From a virus: a stretch of DNA of 64,000 bases. The DNA is taken from IMG/VR virus record IMGVR_UViG_3300020404_000180, positions 1 through 64,000 of that record; one strand, written 5' to 3'. This document shows, piece after piece, positions 18,676 to 30,700 of the stretch (within the stretch, counting starts at the first letter, position 1; every line of letters starts with the position of its first letter). The notes beneath the pieces are model-generated. The model searched no databases and had not been told where the DNA came from. It was given only the letters and a program-made list of their open reading frames with translations. Made by a program: the position numbers and the translations under genes.

Positions 18676-20443
18676 ACTGTGATGCGTCTCGGTTTGTACC
18701 GAAGTAGTTATTGACAAGTGTATCTTTTCTGAGGACTAGAACATGAATTCCATTCCACCAGTGGTTAGGATTTTCTATGATACCGCTGAGTATCTTTCTT
18801 TCAAAAAATACTTCTAATTGGTTCTCACTAACAAAGTCCATAGTTGCTTCTACAACACCATCAAAGTTAGCGTCGTCTACTACTAAAATAAACTGATCAT
18901 CTAAAAAGGGTAATAGATGATTGAGGGAGCTTAACTGTTCCATCATATCATGACTTGCATCATAAAACAATATGTTCGGTTTGCTACCTTCAAAGTCCTC
19001 ATCTGTCAACTCTTCAATAGATGACTTGAGGAATACAGCATTTCCATTTTCATACTTCTCCCAGTTGCTTACTAGTGTGTCGTATGGATTGCATGGTGTC
19101 CATTGTATGTGGTCAGTCAAAGGTTTGACATTTGCTTCTGAGAAGTCATCAACACCAAAACATTTGACATTGTTATTCATGGTAGCAGCAAAGAATGTAC
19201 TACCAACATGGGTGCCTACCTCTAGGTATACAGCATCCTCATAAGAGCATAGACTATTTAAGAAATGTCTAATGCGGTCTGACGATAAACCTTGAGGTGT
19301 AAAACCGTCAGGATTAAAGTTAGACTGTTTTGTCATACCATCATCTATTGCCTTGATTGTTCTTCTAACAAACTCATCCATCTCTGTATTTCTTTCCTGT
19401 TTCTTAAGATGTGTGTCTACTACAATCTCACAGTAATTACAGTCCCAACAGTCAAACTTACAGTTCTTTATTTTGTTTCTCCAAACATCTATTGGTCTAT
19501 CTTTTATCGCTAGGTCATCTAGGTATTTGTTAAACTCAGGATACATCACCTCTATCTTCTCATTACCCCATGCAGATATTATATCCATGGACTCTTTGAG
19601 TTTCATCGCATTTTCTCTACCATGCATTTTAAATACATCAATACCAAGGTCTAAAAACTCATTCCAATCAGACTTCCATGGTGGTAGATTTGCTGCTTTT
19701 AATGCATGTGCATTGTCTTCGATATCCCATTTTGCACAAGAGTTTGTACTAATGGGATCCATAAAATATTGAGGTGAGTCCTCGTTCCTAGTGCTGTTAA
19801 AATGATAGTGTTCATCCATCATAGGACATCCACCCCAACAACCTTCGTTTGTTAGAATTGATATCTCTACTGGTTTACCAATGGATGCACAAAAATCTTT
19901 TGCTTTCTTTACTCTTATTAGTGCGTCACGGTCTCTCATCAAATCTCTATCTAGATTGATGTAATGAAAACCTACCTCAGCAAGAGCAACTATCTCATTT
20001 GCTCTACTGACATTTCTAAGTATTGTATTCTTTATTTTTAGTTCTGGAAATTCTCTATGCAAAATACCAGTAGATACCCAACTAGTATGTGGTATCGTTA
20101 CTGTCTTGACTCCTGCTTCATATAACTGACGAAAGTTTCTTACAAATAAATCTAAATTTTCTAAGTCTGGTCTAACGTATATGTTGTTAAAAGTTGCTGA
20201 TAATGGTATTCCTGTTTCTTGAAAAATATGGTAAGCATTATAAAAAAGTTGAACTGGGTCACCTTTAAAAACATCACCCATTGCATCTTGTGCAAATGGT
20301 GGCATCCTGCATGTGAAATACAGATCAACTATGTATTCTTTATGTTGCTTCAACCAAGGAATGAAGACATCCTCAGCGTACCGTGAATCAATCTTTGGAT
20401 TTATTGGGAGACTGAAGACGGACTTTCTTTTTGGGGATGTCAT
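18662..20443 (-). CDS. Peptidase-U32-family (Fe-S) domain fused to class I SAM-dependent methyltransferase (Methyltransf_24-like)
   Basis: INLDRDLMRD, ILTNEGCWGGCPMMDEHY...NSC, GIDVFKMHGRE, CKFDCWDCNYC; C-terminal YLEVGTHVGSTF, GVDDFS, LFYDASH, LVVDD. Confidence 0.82.
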   Translation of the reverse strand: MTSPKRKSVFSLPINPKIDSRYAEDVFIPWLKQHKEYIVDLYFTCRMPPFAQDAMGDVFKGDPVQLFYNAYHIFQETGIPLSATFNNIYVRPDLENLDLFVRNFRQLYEAGVKTVTIPHTSWVSTGILHREFPELKIKNTILRNVSRANEIVALAEVGFHYINLDRDLMRDRDALIRVKKAKDFCASIGKPVEISILTNEGCWGGCPMMDEHYHFNSTRNEDSPQYFMDPISTNSCAKWDIEDNAHALKAANLPPWKSDWNEFLDLGIDVFKMHGRENAMKLKESMDIISAWGNEKIEVMYPEFNKYLDDLAIKDRPIDVWRNKIKNCKFDCWDCNYCEIVVDTHLKKQERNTEMDEFVRRTIKAIDDGMTKQSNFNPDGFTPQGLSSDRIRHFLNSLCSYEDAVYLEVGTHVGSTFFAATMNNNVKCFGVDDFSEANVKPLTDHIQWTPCNPYDTLVSNWEKYENGNAVFLKSSIEELTDEDFEGSKPNILFYDASHDMMEQLSSLNHLLPFLDDQFILVVDDANFDGVVEATMDFVSENQLEVFFERKILSGIIENPNHWWNGIHVLVLRKDTLVNNYFGTNRDASQYETY

Positions 20444-21215
20444 GTTTTAGTTCAGTAATTAGAGGTGTCTTTGGAACCTCTGGTGGTTCTGCAGAACCTA
20501 TTTGTGGAGGAGGTGTATCCTCTGGTAATGATGTAATTTCAGAACCATTTATCTGCGGTGGTTTAAACTCACCACCGTTTATGATATGACCTATGGTTCC
20601 ACCCATTTGTTTTTGCATGGACGCAACTCCTGCTGCAATTATAGAGGAGTGAGATACAGCACCAGACAATACTTGTATCTGGTCTTCAGTAGGTAGATTC
20701 ATAATAGAATCCATGTTACCCGTACCAACATGTCCAAAAGAAATCATGTCGCATGCTGCCTGTTTTGCCATACGACTAATCCAATATTTCTTATCTTCTT
20801 CCTCATTGGTATTAAGATAATACTCTATTCCTTTTGATTTGTCTACCATCTCATCTAACTGCGATGTGAAGTTCTCAATCTCACGTTTGCAGATGACTAC
20901 CTTTTGCTCCCATATACTTCTATCATAGAGAGCTTTGTTAATCTCAATCTCTATTGCTTCCTTGTCTAAAGGATCTTGAGCAAGTTTTAATTGTCGATTT
21001 AATTTTTTTAAATCTATAGCATTCTTGTCAAGACGATACTGCAACTCCACTCTAGTGTTATCTCTAGACTGTAGTTCTAGTAGTGCCTGTTGAATTTTTT
21101 TAAATGGTGTAATCTGTGTACCAACCACAAAGTTTTGGTTCTGGTACTTAGTCTGTCCACCTTCTAGTTTATATGAATGTTCTATCCAAGTCTTTTCAGA
21201 ATCCGAAAGTTCCAT
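20388..21215 (-). CDS. Hypothetical coiled-coil protein
   Basis: Overlaps both neighbours; FVVGTQITPFKKIQQALLEL, YWISRMAKQAACDMISFGHVGTGNMDSI; Pro-rich tail. Confidence 0.85.
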   Translation of the reverse strand: MELSDSEKTWIEHSYKLEGGQTKYQNQNFVVGTQITPFKKIQQALLELQSRDNTRVELQYRLDKNAIDLKKLNRQLKLAQDPLDKEAIEIEINKALYDRSIWEQKVVICKREIENFTSQLDEMVDKSKGIEYYLNTNEEEDKKYWISRMAKQAACDMISFGHVGTGNMDSIMNLPTEDQIQVLSGAVSHSSIIAAGVASMQKQMGGTIGHIINGGEFKPPQINGSEITSLPEDTPPPQIGSAEPPEVPKTPLITELKHDIPKKKVRLQSPNKSKD

Positions 21216-22140
21216 AAGCTAGTTCTCCATCAAGTCGCTGTTCATTTTCATCGATGCGACCCAACTTCTGTCCCTGCTTAATTGGCATACCCACATTCAA
21301 GTAATCTTCATACAGAATGTTCATATCCCACATATTGTCACAGTTCCTAAACTGGGAACGTATCGCATGATATTTGCCTAATAAAGAGGCATAATCTATA
21401 AGGTATTTATCATGATTTTTGAGGACTCTTTTTACGAGTTCTCCCTTTGGCATTCCTCTTGTGACTGCCAATATATCTATAAACGGTGTTTTAGCGTTCT
21501 CATCATTTTTAAATTTCCTTGCTTCCTCAAGTTGATACACCCAACTCTCAGACTCTATGTCACAACAATTTTTAAAGTTCTTGAAACGTAGTTCAAACTC
21601 ATGTTCTATAACCAAGATTGCTTGAAGTTTCATATACTCCAAAGCATAATTGATATACTTTTGTGGAGTCTTTTTCTTTTTCTTGACATGGGTAAACTCA
21701 CCCTTGTCATTCATCTCTTTCACATAGTCTTTGTAGTGTGTTCTAATCTCACCTTGAAATTTTACACCTACAGAATAAACTTTCTCATCTAATTCAATGT
21801 ATCTCTTGAAACAAGATTTGACTGTCTCAAAGACAAGTTTGTTCATCTTGACAGTAGATACGTTATGGAAATTATATAAGACCTTGTATGTTGTAGAGTG
21901 TGGTCTGAGGTCAGCGGTTCTCAATACATCCTCATGTATTAGCATGTGGATAAAACCTTCTTTGACTAACTCCTTATCTTTTATAAACTTTCTAGTTTCT
22001 AATTCTAGTGGATGTTGTGGTGAATATTTCGGACGTAAAAATTCCTCATCCTCAATCATGTGGGATGGTATGTGTTTCTTCCACGCTGTATCTTCCTTTA
22101 CAGGTTTCAGAGTTCCTTTAGATATAAATTTATTCTCCAT
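21196..22140 (-). CDS. Hypothetical protein; C-terminal part resembles tail-fibre assembly/chaperone-associated domains
   Basis: ESWVYQLEEA...AKTPFIDILAVTRG...ELVKRV...LLG pattern recalled from proteins adjacent to tail fibre genes. Confidence 0.7.
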   Translation of the reverse strand: MENKFISKGTLKPVKEDTAWKKHIPSHMIEDEEFLRPKYSPQHPLELETRKFIKDKELVKEGFIHMLIHEDVLRTADLRPHSTTYKVLYNFHNVSTVKMNKLVFETVKSCFKRYIELDEKVYSVGVKFQGEIRTHYKDYVKEMNDKGEFTHVKKKKKTPQKYINYALEYMKLQAILVIEHEFELRFKNFKNCCDIESESWVYQLEEARKFKNDENAKTPFIDILAVTRGMPKGELVKRVLKNHDKYLIDYASLLGKYHAIRSQFRNCDNMWDMNILYEDYLNVGMPIKQGQKLGRIDENEQRLDGELAYGTFGF

Positions 22141-22282
22141 CTACTTTCTTCTTTAATTCATCAAATTCTTTTCTCAAATCCTCATGTTGTTTTTTGAGAA
22201 TTAAGAATGCTTTGTGACTTGCATAGTCTGGTTGATTGAAGTACATCAACGCATCACTACCTGTTTTAACTGATCCTGCCAT
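22130..22282 (-). CDS. Small hypothetical protein, 50 aa
   Basis: ATG 22282 overlaps the upstream TAA (TAATG); MAGSVKTG...C-terminal coiled coil. Confidence 0.65.
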   Translation of the reverse strand: MAGSVKTGSDALMYFNQPDYASHKAFLILKKQHEDLRKEFDELKKKVDGE

Positions 22283-23661
22283 TACTGATACCTCGTTCCT
22301 GTTACTGAGAATGCTCCAGTGACACATGCACCAGAAGACTGACCTTGATGACCTTTAGGTTCTGCTTTAAAACCTAGTACAATATCTCCGTCAGTAGCAT
22401 GGAATCTCTTCCATGTTCTATTGTTTTGGTATCCACCACCACCTCCTGCGTAGTTACCCATACAGTAACCCCAGTCTTGACCCATACACATGTTCTCTTC
22501 ACCAGAAGATATATCTAACTGGTTAAATGCACCACCGATAGAAGTAGATGTAAGATCATTAAACTTCAACCAAGGAAGTGTTACGTTGTTTCCATTACCA
22601 TGGTAGCAGAATCCCCATTTGGTTGACAAGTCTTTCTTCCAACCATCTCCACCCCAACCAGATAAACTGTAGGATGATACAGACTCATTACTGAACTGTA
22701 CGTATCTTGCGTTACCAGTATCACCATATAAGTGACATCTAGTCTCACCCTCGGATCCAGTAGCATTACCATTACCAAAACCATTACCTAGTCTAGTAGA
22801 CATTTCAGTAACAAAGTTCAATCTCTGTATGCTGCCAGGACCTCCACCCGCTGTGTAACCTCTTTGTGTCACCTGACCAGAAGCACAACCAGGATCATCT
22901 GTACTATCCCAACTGTCTATAGATGCACCAATACTATCAGGTGTAGAGTTATATGCATCACCATGACCATAGGTTCCGTTAGGACCGAAGGATCTATTGG
23001 TTCCAGTGTGTAGGTTTACACTACTGACTGCCTGACCAGAACCACCGTAGGAGTTCTGTGTACCATAGACATAACCATTGAAGTCACCGAAGTTTCCATC
23101 AACATATGATGCTGCTCTATCTAACTGGTCTCCACGACAAATAGTAACGTCTGTTGCGTGATATATTTGATTAACTGTTCTCCATGGATTAGATCCTCTG
23201 TATCCACCAATCAGAAATCCATGTGTAAAAATACTGCGATATAAAAATGATGAACCAACTGTTATGTTATACAAGTTTCCTTGATAGTCATACCATTGTC
23301 CTGTGCCACTGTAAGGTAGATAGTTTGCAGAAGAGACTGACGGGTTCTGTGCGTTAACACCACCTGTGTCTGTGTTGTAAGGACCGAAGTTGTTATTACC
23401 GTAACTTCCTTGAAATGCTGCCTGACCAGATTCTGCTGCAACTGCAGTTCCCCAAAATGCATTCTTACCATCAGACATCAATATACCACCCGCAGTCACA
23501 GGACTTTGTGATGGTAGTGTCTCAAATAAAACACCGTTCTGTAGTAAGTTACCAGTAAAATTTATATTTCCAGTAACGTCAATATTCTTTGGAATATCAA
23601 CTGTACTACCCGAAGAAGTTAGTGTGTTTACCTGTGAGGTAGCTGCATTTATCTGTGACAT
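22282..23661 (-). CDS. Probable virion protein: short fibre-like N-terminus plus kelch/beta-propeller-like Gly/aromatic repeats
   Basis: About six spaced units: GFLIGGY, GYVYGT, RGYTAGG, CHLYGD, GFCYHGNG, WGYCMGNY. Confidence 0.7.
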   Translation of the reverse strand: MSQINAATSQVNTLTSSGSTVDIPKNIDVTGNINFTGNLLQNGVLFETLPSQSPVTAGGILMSDGKNAFWGTAVAAESGQAAFQGSYGNNNFGPYNTDTGGVNAQNPSVSSANYLPYSGTGQWYDYQGNLYNITVGSSFLYRSIFTHGFLIGGYRGSNPWRTVNQIYHATDVTICRGDQLDRAASYVDGNFGDFNGYVYGTQNSYGGSGQAVSSVNLHTGTNRSFGPNGTYGHGDAYNSTPDSIGASIDSWDSTDDPGCASGQVTQRGYTAGGGPGSIQRLNFVTEMSTRLGNGFGNGNATGSEGETRCHLYGDTGNARYVQFSNESVSSYSLSGWGGDGWKKDLSTKWGFCYHGNGNNVTLPWLKFNDLTSTSIGGAFNQLDISSGEENMCMGQDWGYCMGNYAGGGGGYQNNRTWKRFHATDGDIVLGFKAEPKGHQGQSSGACVTGAFSVTGTRYQ

Positions 23662-23664
23662 AGT

Positions 23665-24009
23665 TTAATCGGGATACTTGTCTTTAATTTCTTTTATTGC
23701 CTTATACCAAGAACCATCTTTGCCAGGCATTAGTCCAGCATCGATGTCTTTCCAAATCATACTAAGTTGTTGCTCCATAGTAGGATACGTGTGAAATCTA
23801 TTTTCCTCTGGTGTAGGTTCAGCATAAACCTTTGCTATTATTTTTCCTGTTGTAGGTTCATACTCAAATTCAGAGGGTTGTTTTTCTGAGATGTCTTCAT
23901 CAGGTATATCCTTCCAAAAGAAATCCTCATGCACATCAAAGCAATCGTCTTCAGTTGCTACAAACTGGCAAACGTTACTATTATTTTTGTTGATTAATGC
24001 GTAACTCAT
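23665..24009 (-). CDS. Probable tail-fibre assembly chaperone-like protein
   Basis: C-terminal R...YPTMEQQLSMIWKD...WYKAIKEIKDKYP motif; acidic; follows a Gly-rich fibre gene. Confidence 0.6.
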   Translation of the reverse strand: MSYALINKNNSNVCQFVATEDDCFDVHEDFFWKDIPDEDISEKQPSEFEYEPTTGKIIAKVYAEPTPEENRFHTYPTMEQQLSMIWKDIDAGLMPGKDGSWYKAIKEIKDKYPD

Positions 24010-24015
24010 GATTTT

Positions 24016-24771
24016 TTAAGTGTAGTTGAATACGATAACAGCACCAGCACCACCATTACCATTGTTGTGTGCATAACTGTTCTGTGAGTAATGTCCATAA
24101 GCACCACCAGAACCCCATTGTCCATGAGTGTTCTCAGCGTTAGTACTGCTGTTATGGTGGTTTGATCCTGCTTTATGCCAGAATGACATTCCACCAGCAC
24201 CTTCTCTTGATGAACCGTGTGACATTTCTCCACCACCGCCAGGTATGTTTATATCACCACCAGAGGCGTTTCCACCATGTCCACCCTCGTATGGGTTGTC
24301 GGTGTAACCACCGTCACCACCAGTAGCAGTCACATAAGAACCAAAGGATGATGTACCTCCTCCAGAACCTCTACCACCGTTACGAGCATATCCTCCTCCA
24401 CCACCATAGGTGTAGTTTACAGAACTAACGTTTGATACATCAATGTATCTGATTGCAGTAGCACCGCCACCACCACCAGCACCACGATAGGTGTTGTCGT
24501 TAACTCTTGCTCCTCCACCACCACCTGTACAATATACTAGGACGTGGTTGCAACCAGCTGGTTTACTCCATACTCCAGATCCACCAGAAGTTGACTTACT
24601 ATTCCAAGTACCGTTTTGGGATGTGTAAGTATTGATGCTCAATAAAGCACCGCTTACAGTAAAGTTCTGATATGAACTACCGTTCCAAATCTTAAATGAA
24701 CCGCTAGATACGTCAATAACATTTGCACCAGCCGTACTTTGGATTTGGTCTACTCTTAAAATTCCTGCCAT
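24016..24771 (-). CDS. Glycine-rich-domain tail-associated protein (adhesin-like)
   Basis: MAGILRVDQIQ N-terminus; WSKPAGC...VYCTGGGGG...GGTSSFGSYVTATGG...GAGAVIVFNY. Confidence 0.8.
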   Translation of the reverse strand: MAGILRVDQIQSTAGANVIDVSSGSFKIWNGSSYQNFTVSGALLSINTYTSQNGTWNSKSTSGGSGVWSKPAGCNHVLVYCTGGGGGARVNDNTYRGAGGGGGATAIRYIDVSNVSSVNYTYGGGGGYARNGGRGSGGGTSSFGSYVTATGGDGGYTDNPYEGGHGGNASGGDINIPGGGGEMSHGSSREGAGGMSFWHKAGSNHHNSSTNAENTHGQWGSGGAYGHYSQNSYAHNNGNGGAGAVIVFNYT

Positions 24772-24781
24772 GATTAGTTAA

Positions 24782-27700
24782 TTAGACTATGCTCCAGTAT
24801 CCACCACTGTTTATGGTTACAGTTACACCGTTATTTATAGTAACAGGACCTGAACTTAAACAGTTGTCCCCACTATTTACAGAAATGTTTTCTGCGACGG
24901 AGTTTCTATTTCGTTTGAATACTCCATAACGGTCAATCCACTGCTTGTCACCATCAGCACGAAGAACAACATTACGCTGTCCGCTAGATAAACCTTCAGA
25001 AGATGTATTAATATTTATTCCGTTAGATCCTCTAACCTCTAATCTGTAAGATGACTGTGTTTGGTCACTACCAGAATACAATGTCCAGTAACCACCATCA
25101 CCATTGATAGAACCCTGTCCAGTATCATTGTTAGAACGGAAGTAGAAGTCGTCACCTGTTCTTAAGTAAGTATGAGAGTTGTTAGAGAAGTAGAATCTTT
25201 CCTGACCACCAGCATCACTAATCCATTGGTTAACACTACCACCTAAGTATGGAAGATTAAGTGCACTGTAACCATCAAGTAAGTCTGCGTTAAGGTTAGG
25301 ACATACAGTTGTAGAACTAACAGCGATTGGTGCAGTACCTTGTGCAACTGTTGACCTTATAGTATTTGTTGAACGAATGTCGCCTTTAACATCAAGTTTG
25401 TAAGATGGTGTACCGCTACCAAAGTTACCAACACCCACGTTACCACTTCTTGAGATTCTCATTGACTCGAAGAAGTCTCCAGAACCATCGGTTCCTTGTG
25501 TGAAGAATGTCAAACCTAGGTAATCACTATCAGTGTTCTCTGCAATACCTGATATCATCGCACGTCTGCGACCTCCAGTTCTCCATACGATAGAACCTAG
25601 AGTATGACCCACAGTAAATGCTGTGTCAACTTGAATCAACATTGATTCTCCACCAGTTACTGTCTGTGATGCTGAACCATCACCGTCACCAGTGTTACCA
25701 CCCTCATCTACGTGGAAACGTGCTAGAGGATTAGTCTCGCCAATTCCTAAGCGACCACCACGGAAAGTAATATTATTATATGATAAGTATGTGCCATTCC
25801 AACCAAAGGCGTTGCTATCGTTACCAAAACGGATGTAACCTTGATTGCTGTCTTGTCTACCCTTAATTGATAACTGGTTAGTGGTTGCCTTACCTATGTT
25901 AATACCATTACCATCAGCTAACTGTAAGATAGATGTACCAGTGTTAGAGAATATACCTTGGTCGGCATATAAATCGTTGACTGTTAAATGACCTGATGAA
26001 TCTCTACGAGCAAGAGTGTTTGATGATGCAGATGTTGACTGTGTATAACCATCAACATAGTGAGCGTCTAACTGTGATGATGCTCCATCGTTTCCTGCAT
26101 GCCAGATTGTGTTACCATTTGCTGTTAAATCTCCAGCGTTAAATCTTAATGTACCATTACCGTTAGAACCATTACCACCAGAGACGATCATTTGAACGTC
26201 ATAGTCTGGTGCTTGACCAGATGATCTAAAGTCTAATGTTGGTGTAGTAGATACTGCTGCCTTACCAATCTGTAATTTAGCACCAGATGCATTGTCACGT
26301 AATCCAATGATAGTAGAGGAACCACTTGATATTGGGTTAGATGATGTTACTGTCCATTTTGTGCCAGGATTAGGTCCGAAGACTCTAATGTTTGCGTTAG
26401 TGTTATTACCAACAAATGATATTGTTCCAGTAACAAGTGAATATATTTCACCAGTTGTATGTGTTTTTTCTTGAACACCATTAGAACTATCAACCACGAT
26501 AGAACCAATGTTATTTGTTGCACCATCATTTGAGTAGATAGTGTAGGTTCCACCATTATTGATGTTACCACCAACACCACTATTACAATGGAAGTCTGGA
26601 ATGTATAGTGTAAATTTATTACCTGTGTCATTAACAAAGAAGTTCTCAAAGACCATCTTGTCTTGACCAAGAACTTCTGGTAAGAACATATCACCAATCT
26701 TGTGATCAAGTCCTGCACGTGTGTCACCAATGTTATAACCAGAACCATACCATAGTCCTTGCTTACCGTCTAACTTGTCAGCGTCTAATCCACTGCCAAC
26801 ACCGTCATTTCCTTCTGACCAAATCTTGAACCAGTTAGAGTAGACTGCATTGATTCCATTATTACCTCTGATGTATAGGTTGTTATTATCTGTAAATCCT
26901 AATTGAGTTGATGCAGTTCCAGTAGACTGTCTTCTGTATGTGAGAATACCATGTGTTGTACCACCATCATTAAGACCAGTTGCAGCGTTATTTCTAAGTG
27001 CTGCAGCAACACCATTTGCTGCCTGAGCAGGAGATGGGTTTGATGTGAGTGATGCAGTCTCGTTAAATATTCTGTTTGCAGTATCAGCAGTACCAGATAT
27101 AGAGATGTTGTATGTTATGTTTGCAAGTCTTGCAGGATCTAATGTACCGAAGATAATGTTGTTTGCAGTCTGATAGAATGAACCATCGTTACCATCTAAT
27201 TTGTCAGCGTTAAGTTCAGATCCTGCACCTTGGTCAATAGAAACCTGACCATTGTTATCAACAAGGAATCCACCTTGATCTTGGTTTGCAACCGCTTGGT
27301 TAGCAACGTCCTTTCTAAATCTGAATACACCGTAGTTACCATATACTGAGGAACTCGCAGTTAGAGAGTCACCTTTTCTTATGTCAACTTCAATGTTACC
27401 AAATGCTCTGTTAATAGTTCCCTTAGTAGCATTCAATACTGCACTGTTACCACCACCAAGTTCACTTGGTATTACAACTGAGAAGTCTCCAGTGTATCCT
27501 GTACCAGAGTCAGTAACCTGTGCACTAATAATAGCACCACTTGATACAACGTATGTTGCTCGTGCAACATCATCACTTGTAACAGAGACGTTACCGCCTT
27601 CCATTGGTAAGTTCTGATAAGTTCCATCTGTATATCCAGAACCACCATTTGCAATAGTGATTGTGTCAACGTAAGAACTATCAGTAATAGAACCACCAAT

Positions 27701-30700
27701 TAGTATGGCGTCAGATGTTGTAGGTCTAATTGATTGTAATGCATACTCCCATGAAGAATCACCACGTAAGAAACTAAATGAGTTTGCAGTTCCTTTACTT
27801 GCTAATCTTTCTGGGTCAATAGTACCAGCAACAATATTTGATGCATCAATGTTAGTTGATGTTAACTGTGTCCAGTTTGCAGCGTTAGATGCTGATGTAT
27901 TGATTGTTCTAGTAAGGTCAACAATTCTCTTCCTTGCAAAGTTACCAGACGTGGTAGCAGCAGTAGGAGAAGTAATAGAATATTGATTTGAGTTTAATAA
28001 TGTTATAGCGTAGAAACCATCAGGTGCAGTTCCTGTTGTGAAATCAAAGAACTGTAGAGAACCGTTAGATAAACCATGTGAACTCTCAGTGAATGTAATC
28101 GTTGTGCTTCCACTCTGTGAGTAAGTTCCAGTTGCTAAGTTCGCTAGTGCTTGGTCAACAATAAAGTCAGATGCTTCAAACTTGATATTGTTAGCAATGT
28201 TGATTGCAACTCTACCTTCTATCTGTGCAGCAATAACTGCATTATTAGATGAACCACTAGGTGATGTTAATACCTGTACTGTTGGTTGTGAGTAGTAACC
28301 TTTACCAAGGTTTGTAATCTCAACTCTAGTTACAACACCACTGGTTACTTTTGCTGTAGCAGCAGCTTGAACTCCATTACTTGTGTCGTCAGGTGCAGAT
28401 ATTGTAAGGTTAAAGTCTCCAGAATATCCAGAACCACCACTACTGATAACGTAGTTAAATACAGCACCATCATTGTATGATTGTACAGTACCACGTGCAG
28501 TTGTAGAACTACCAACAACGATATCACCATTACTAAATTGGAATGCACTGTTAGGTGCAAATGCTAAGAACTGACTCTCTAAGTCATTCTCTAAGATGTA
28601 AGAGATAGCAACACCAGCGGTTACAAATTGATGAGTACCAGAACCTTGACTTGATAATGTTATCGCAGCACCAGAGTTAGCATTTGATGTTGTTGCAGCA
28701 AGTTTGATTGTGTTATCATCAATCTTGATAACGTAGTAAACGTTATTTGTTGCAAGACCACCGATTGAGGATGAACCCTCTGTGTATGTCAACTGGTCTC
28801 CAGTTGATGTACCGTGTCCAGTAATTGTAATTGTGTCCGCACCAGTATTGACTGATGAAGATGCTACAGAGAATGTAGTAGCAGATGTTTGTATTGCAAT
28901 ATCACCAGCGTTTGCGTCTTCAATCGCAAGTCTTTCTGCCTGTGATGCAACAGATGTAATATTAAATGGACGTAAGGCAGGAATCTGGTCAATGTTAATC
29001 TTACCGTTTGATGTCAACTGAACCAGTGCAGATGGAACTGCGTTTGTTGAGAATGGTTGGTTGAGGTAAGGTCCTAAGTTGTTAGAGATATAATCTTTAA
29101 CAGATGCCTGTGTAGGTAGTAAGGAGTCAGATGCGAATGTACCACCAAGTGTATCAGCAGCAGAGAATCCTGTAATTGTAATGTCACCACCAACAATCTT
29201 GATAGATGTAAGTTCTGAGATTGCAACTGTACCAACGAAACTAATAGCACCAGTTCTGTTGAAGATAGTAACAAAATTACCAACCTTGAAGTCACCAAAT
29301 TCGTTCGTACCAGATGTATAAACCTGACCGAATTGTTCTTCTGCTGCTTCAAATGCACTTCCTAATCCAACACCACCGTTCTGAGGTAATGCAGCATATG
29401 TGTTACCAGAACCAGCGTATTCCCAAGTGTGTGATGATGAGTTACATACAGATGGTCTATGGAATTTAATACCTAAACTTACTAGATTTGATAGTGCTAA
29501 ACTTCCAGCAACAAATCCAGAATCGTTAGATGACTGATACCTATTACCATTACTGATATTGGTAAAGTCCATTGACCTGTTGGTCTTAATCTTAGCAACA
29601 ATCTGTGTGCCAGGTGAACCAGAAACCAATTCTGTTTCTAGAATTATATGCTCTACAGCAAGGTCAGATGACCTATGACCATCAATCTTGATGATGTAAT
29701 CTTCAATAGGTATGTTTGTTAATGATGTACCAGATACTTGGATAACTTGTCTACCTGTTGGTGTACCATTTCCATCGACGTCTTCTGTAATAGAATCAAT
29801 AACACCGACGTCAAATGTGTATGCTTCTGCTCTAAATCCTGTAGCACGTAGTGAGAAAGTACCAAAGTTAGATGCAGAGTTTGTAACAGATGCATAACCA
29901 CCAGACTGTACTAAGATACCATCTTGACAGAAGATAGCAAACACAGAAACCAACTGTGTGTAACCATCATTACTGATGTTGTACGCAGTACCACCAAAAC
30001 ATATAATGGTGAATGCGTTTGCAACCATTGACTTACCTTGTGGGTCAAACTGTGCAACAGTAGCACCCTGTGAGTTTTGTTTTAAACCAGCTCTAGGTAC
30101 GTTTGGTGTAGCAACCTTAGCACCATCAATCTCACAACCAGAACCACCAAGGAATGATATAAGTGAAGAGTTCTGAATGTATGGAGATGCTTCAATGATT
30201 GGAAGGTCTAAGTGTACATTTCCTAATGGGAACGAATATGATGATTGATCCTGTTCAGTAATTACTGGGTCAGGATTTGTAATTGCACCACTGTATGCTG
30301 TAGCACTTGATAATACGTTATCTAATATACCCCAGTTTGTAGTCAATGCAGATACAACATTAGCACACTCAGGTGCAGATGAATCTACAGTAATAGAACC
30401 ATTGGATGTAATTGGTATTTGTGAGAACTGACCAGTCTCTAAATTATTTCTTATTGCGTCTATTGATAGTTCTTTTGCTGCAGCGAACATTGCACGACTA
30501 TACTGTACCTCGTTGTCTAGGTATTGTATTGCACCACTAGAGATATAGAGGTTTGCTGCCTCAACAATTGCTGAGTTTCCACCGTAACGTAAGTCGAACT
30601 GGAACGCACGACAAATCTTCATTACGTCATCAATACACTGTTGGTCGCCAGGTGCAGCAGTTCGTGTAACAGATGATACACTACCAGCAGTAGAACCGCT

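Noticed and set aside
18662-20443. Calling the U32 protein a collagenase/protease
   Set aside because: Characterised U32 members are Fe-S hydroxylation factors, and the Cys clusters and methyltransferase fusion favour a modification role
24016-24540. Runs of (cca/acc)n resembling a tandem repeat or CRISPR array
   Set aside because: They are poly-Gly codons of the Gly-rich protein; no constant repeat-spacer periodicity anywhere in the window
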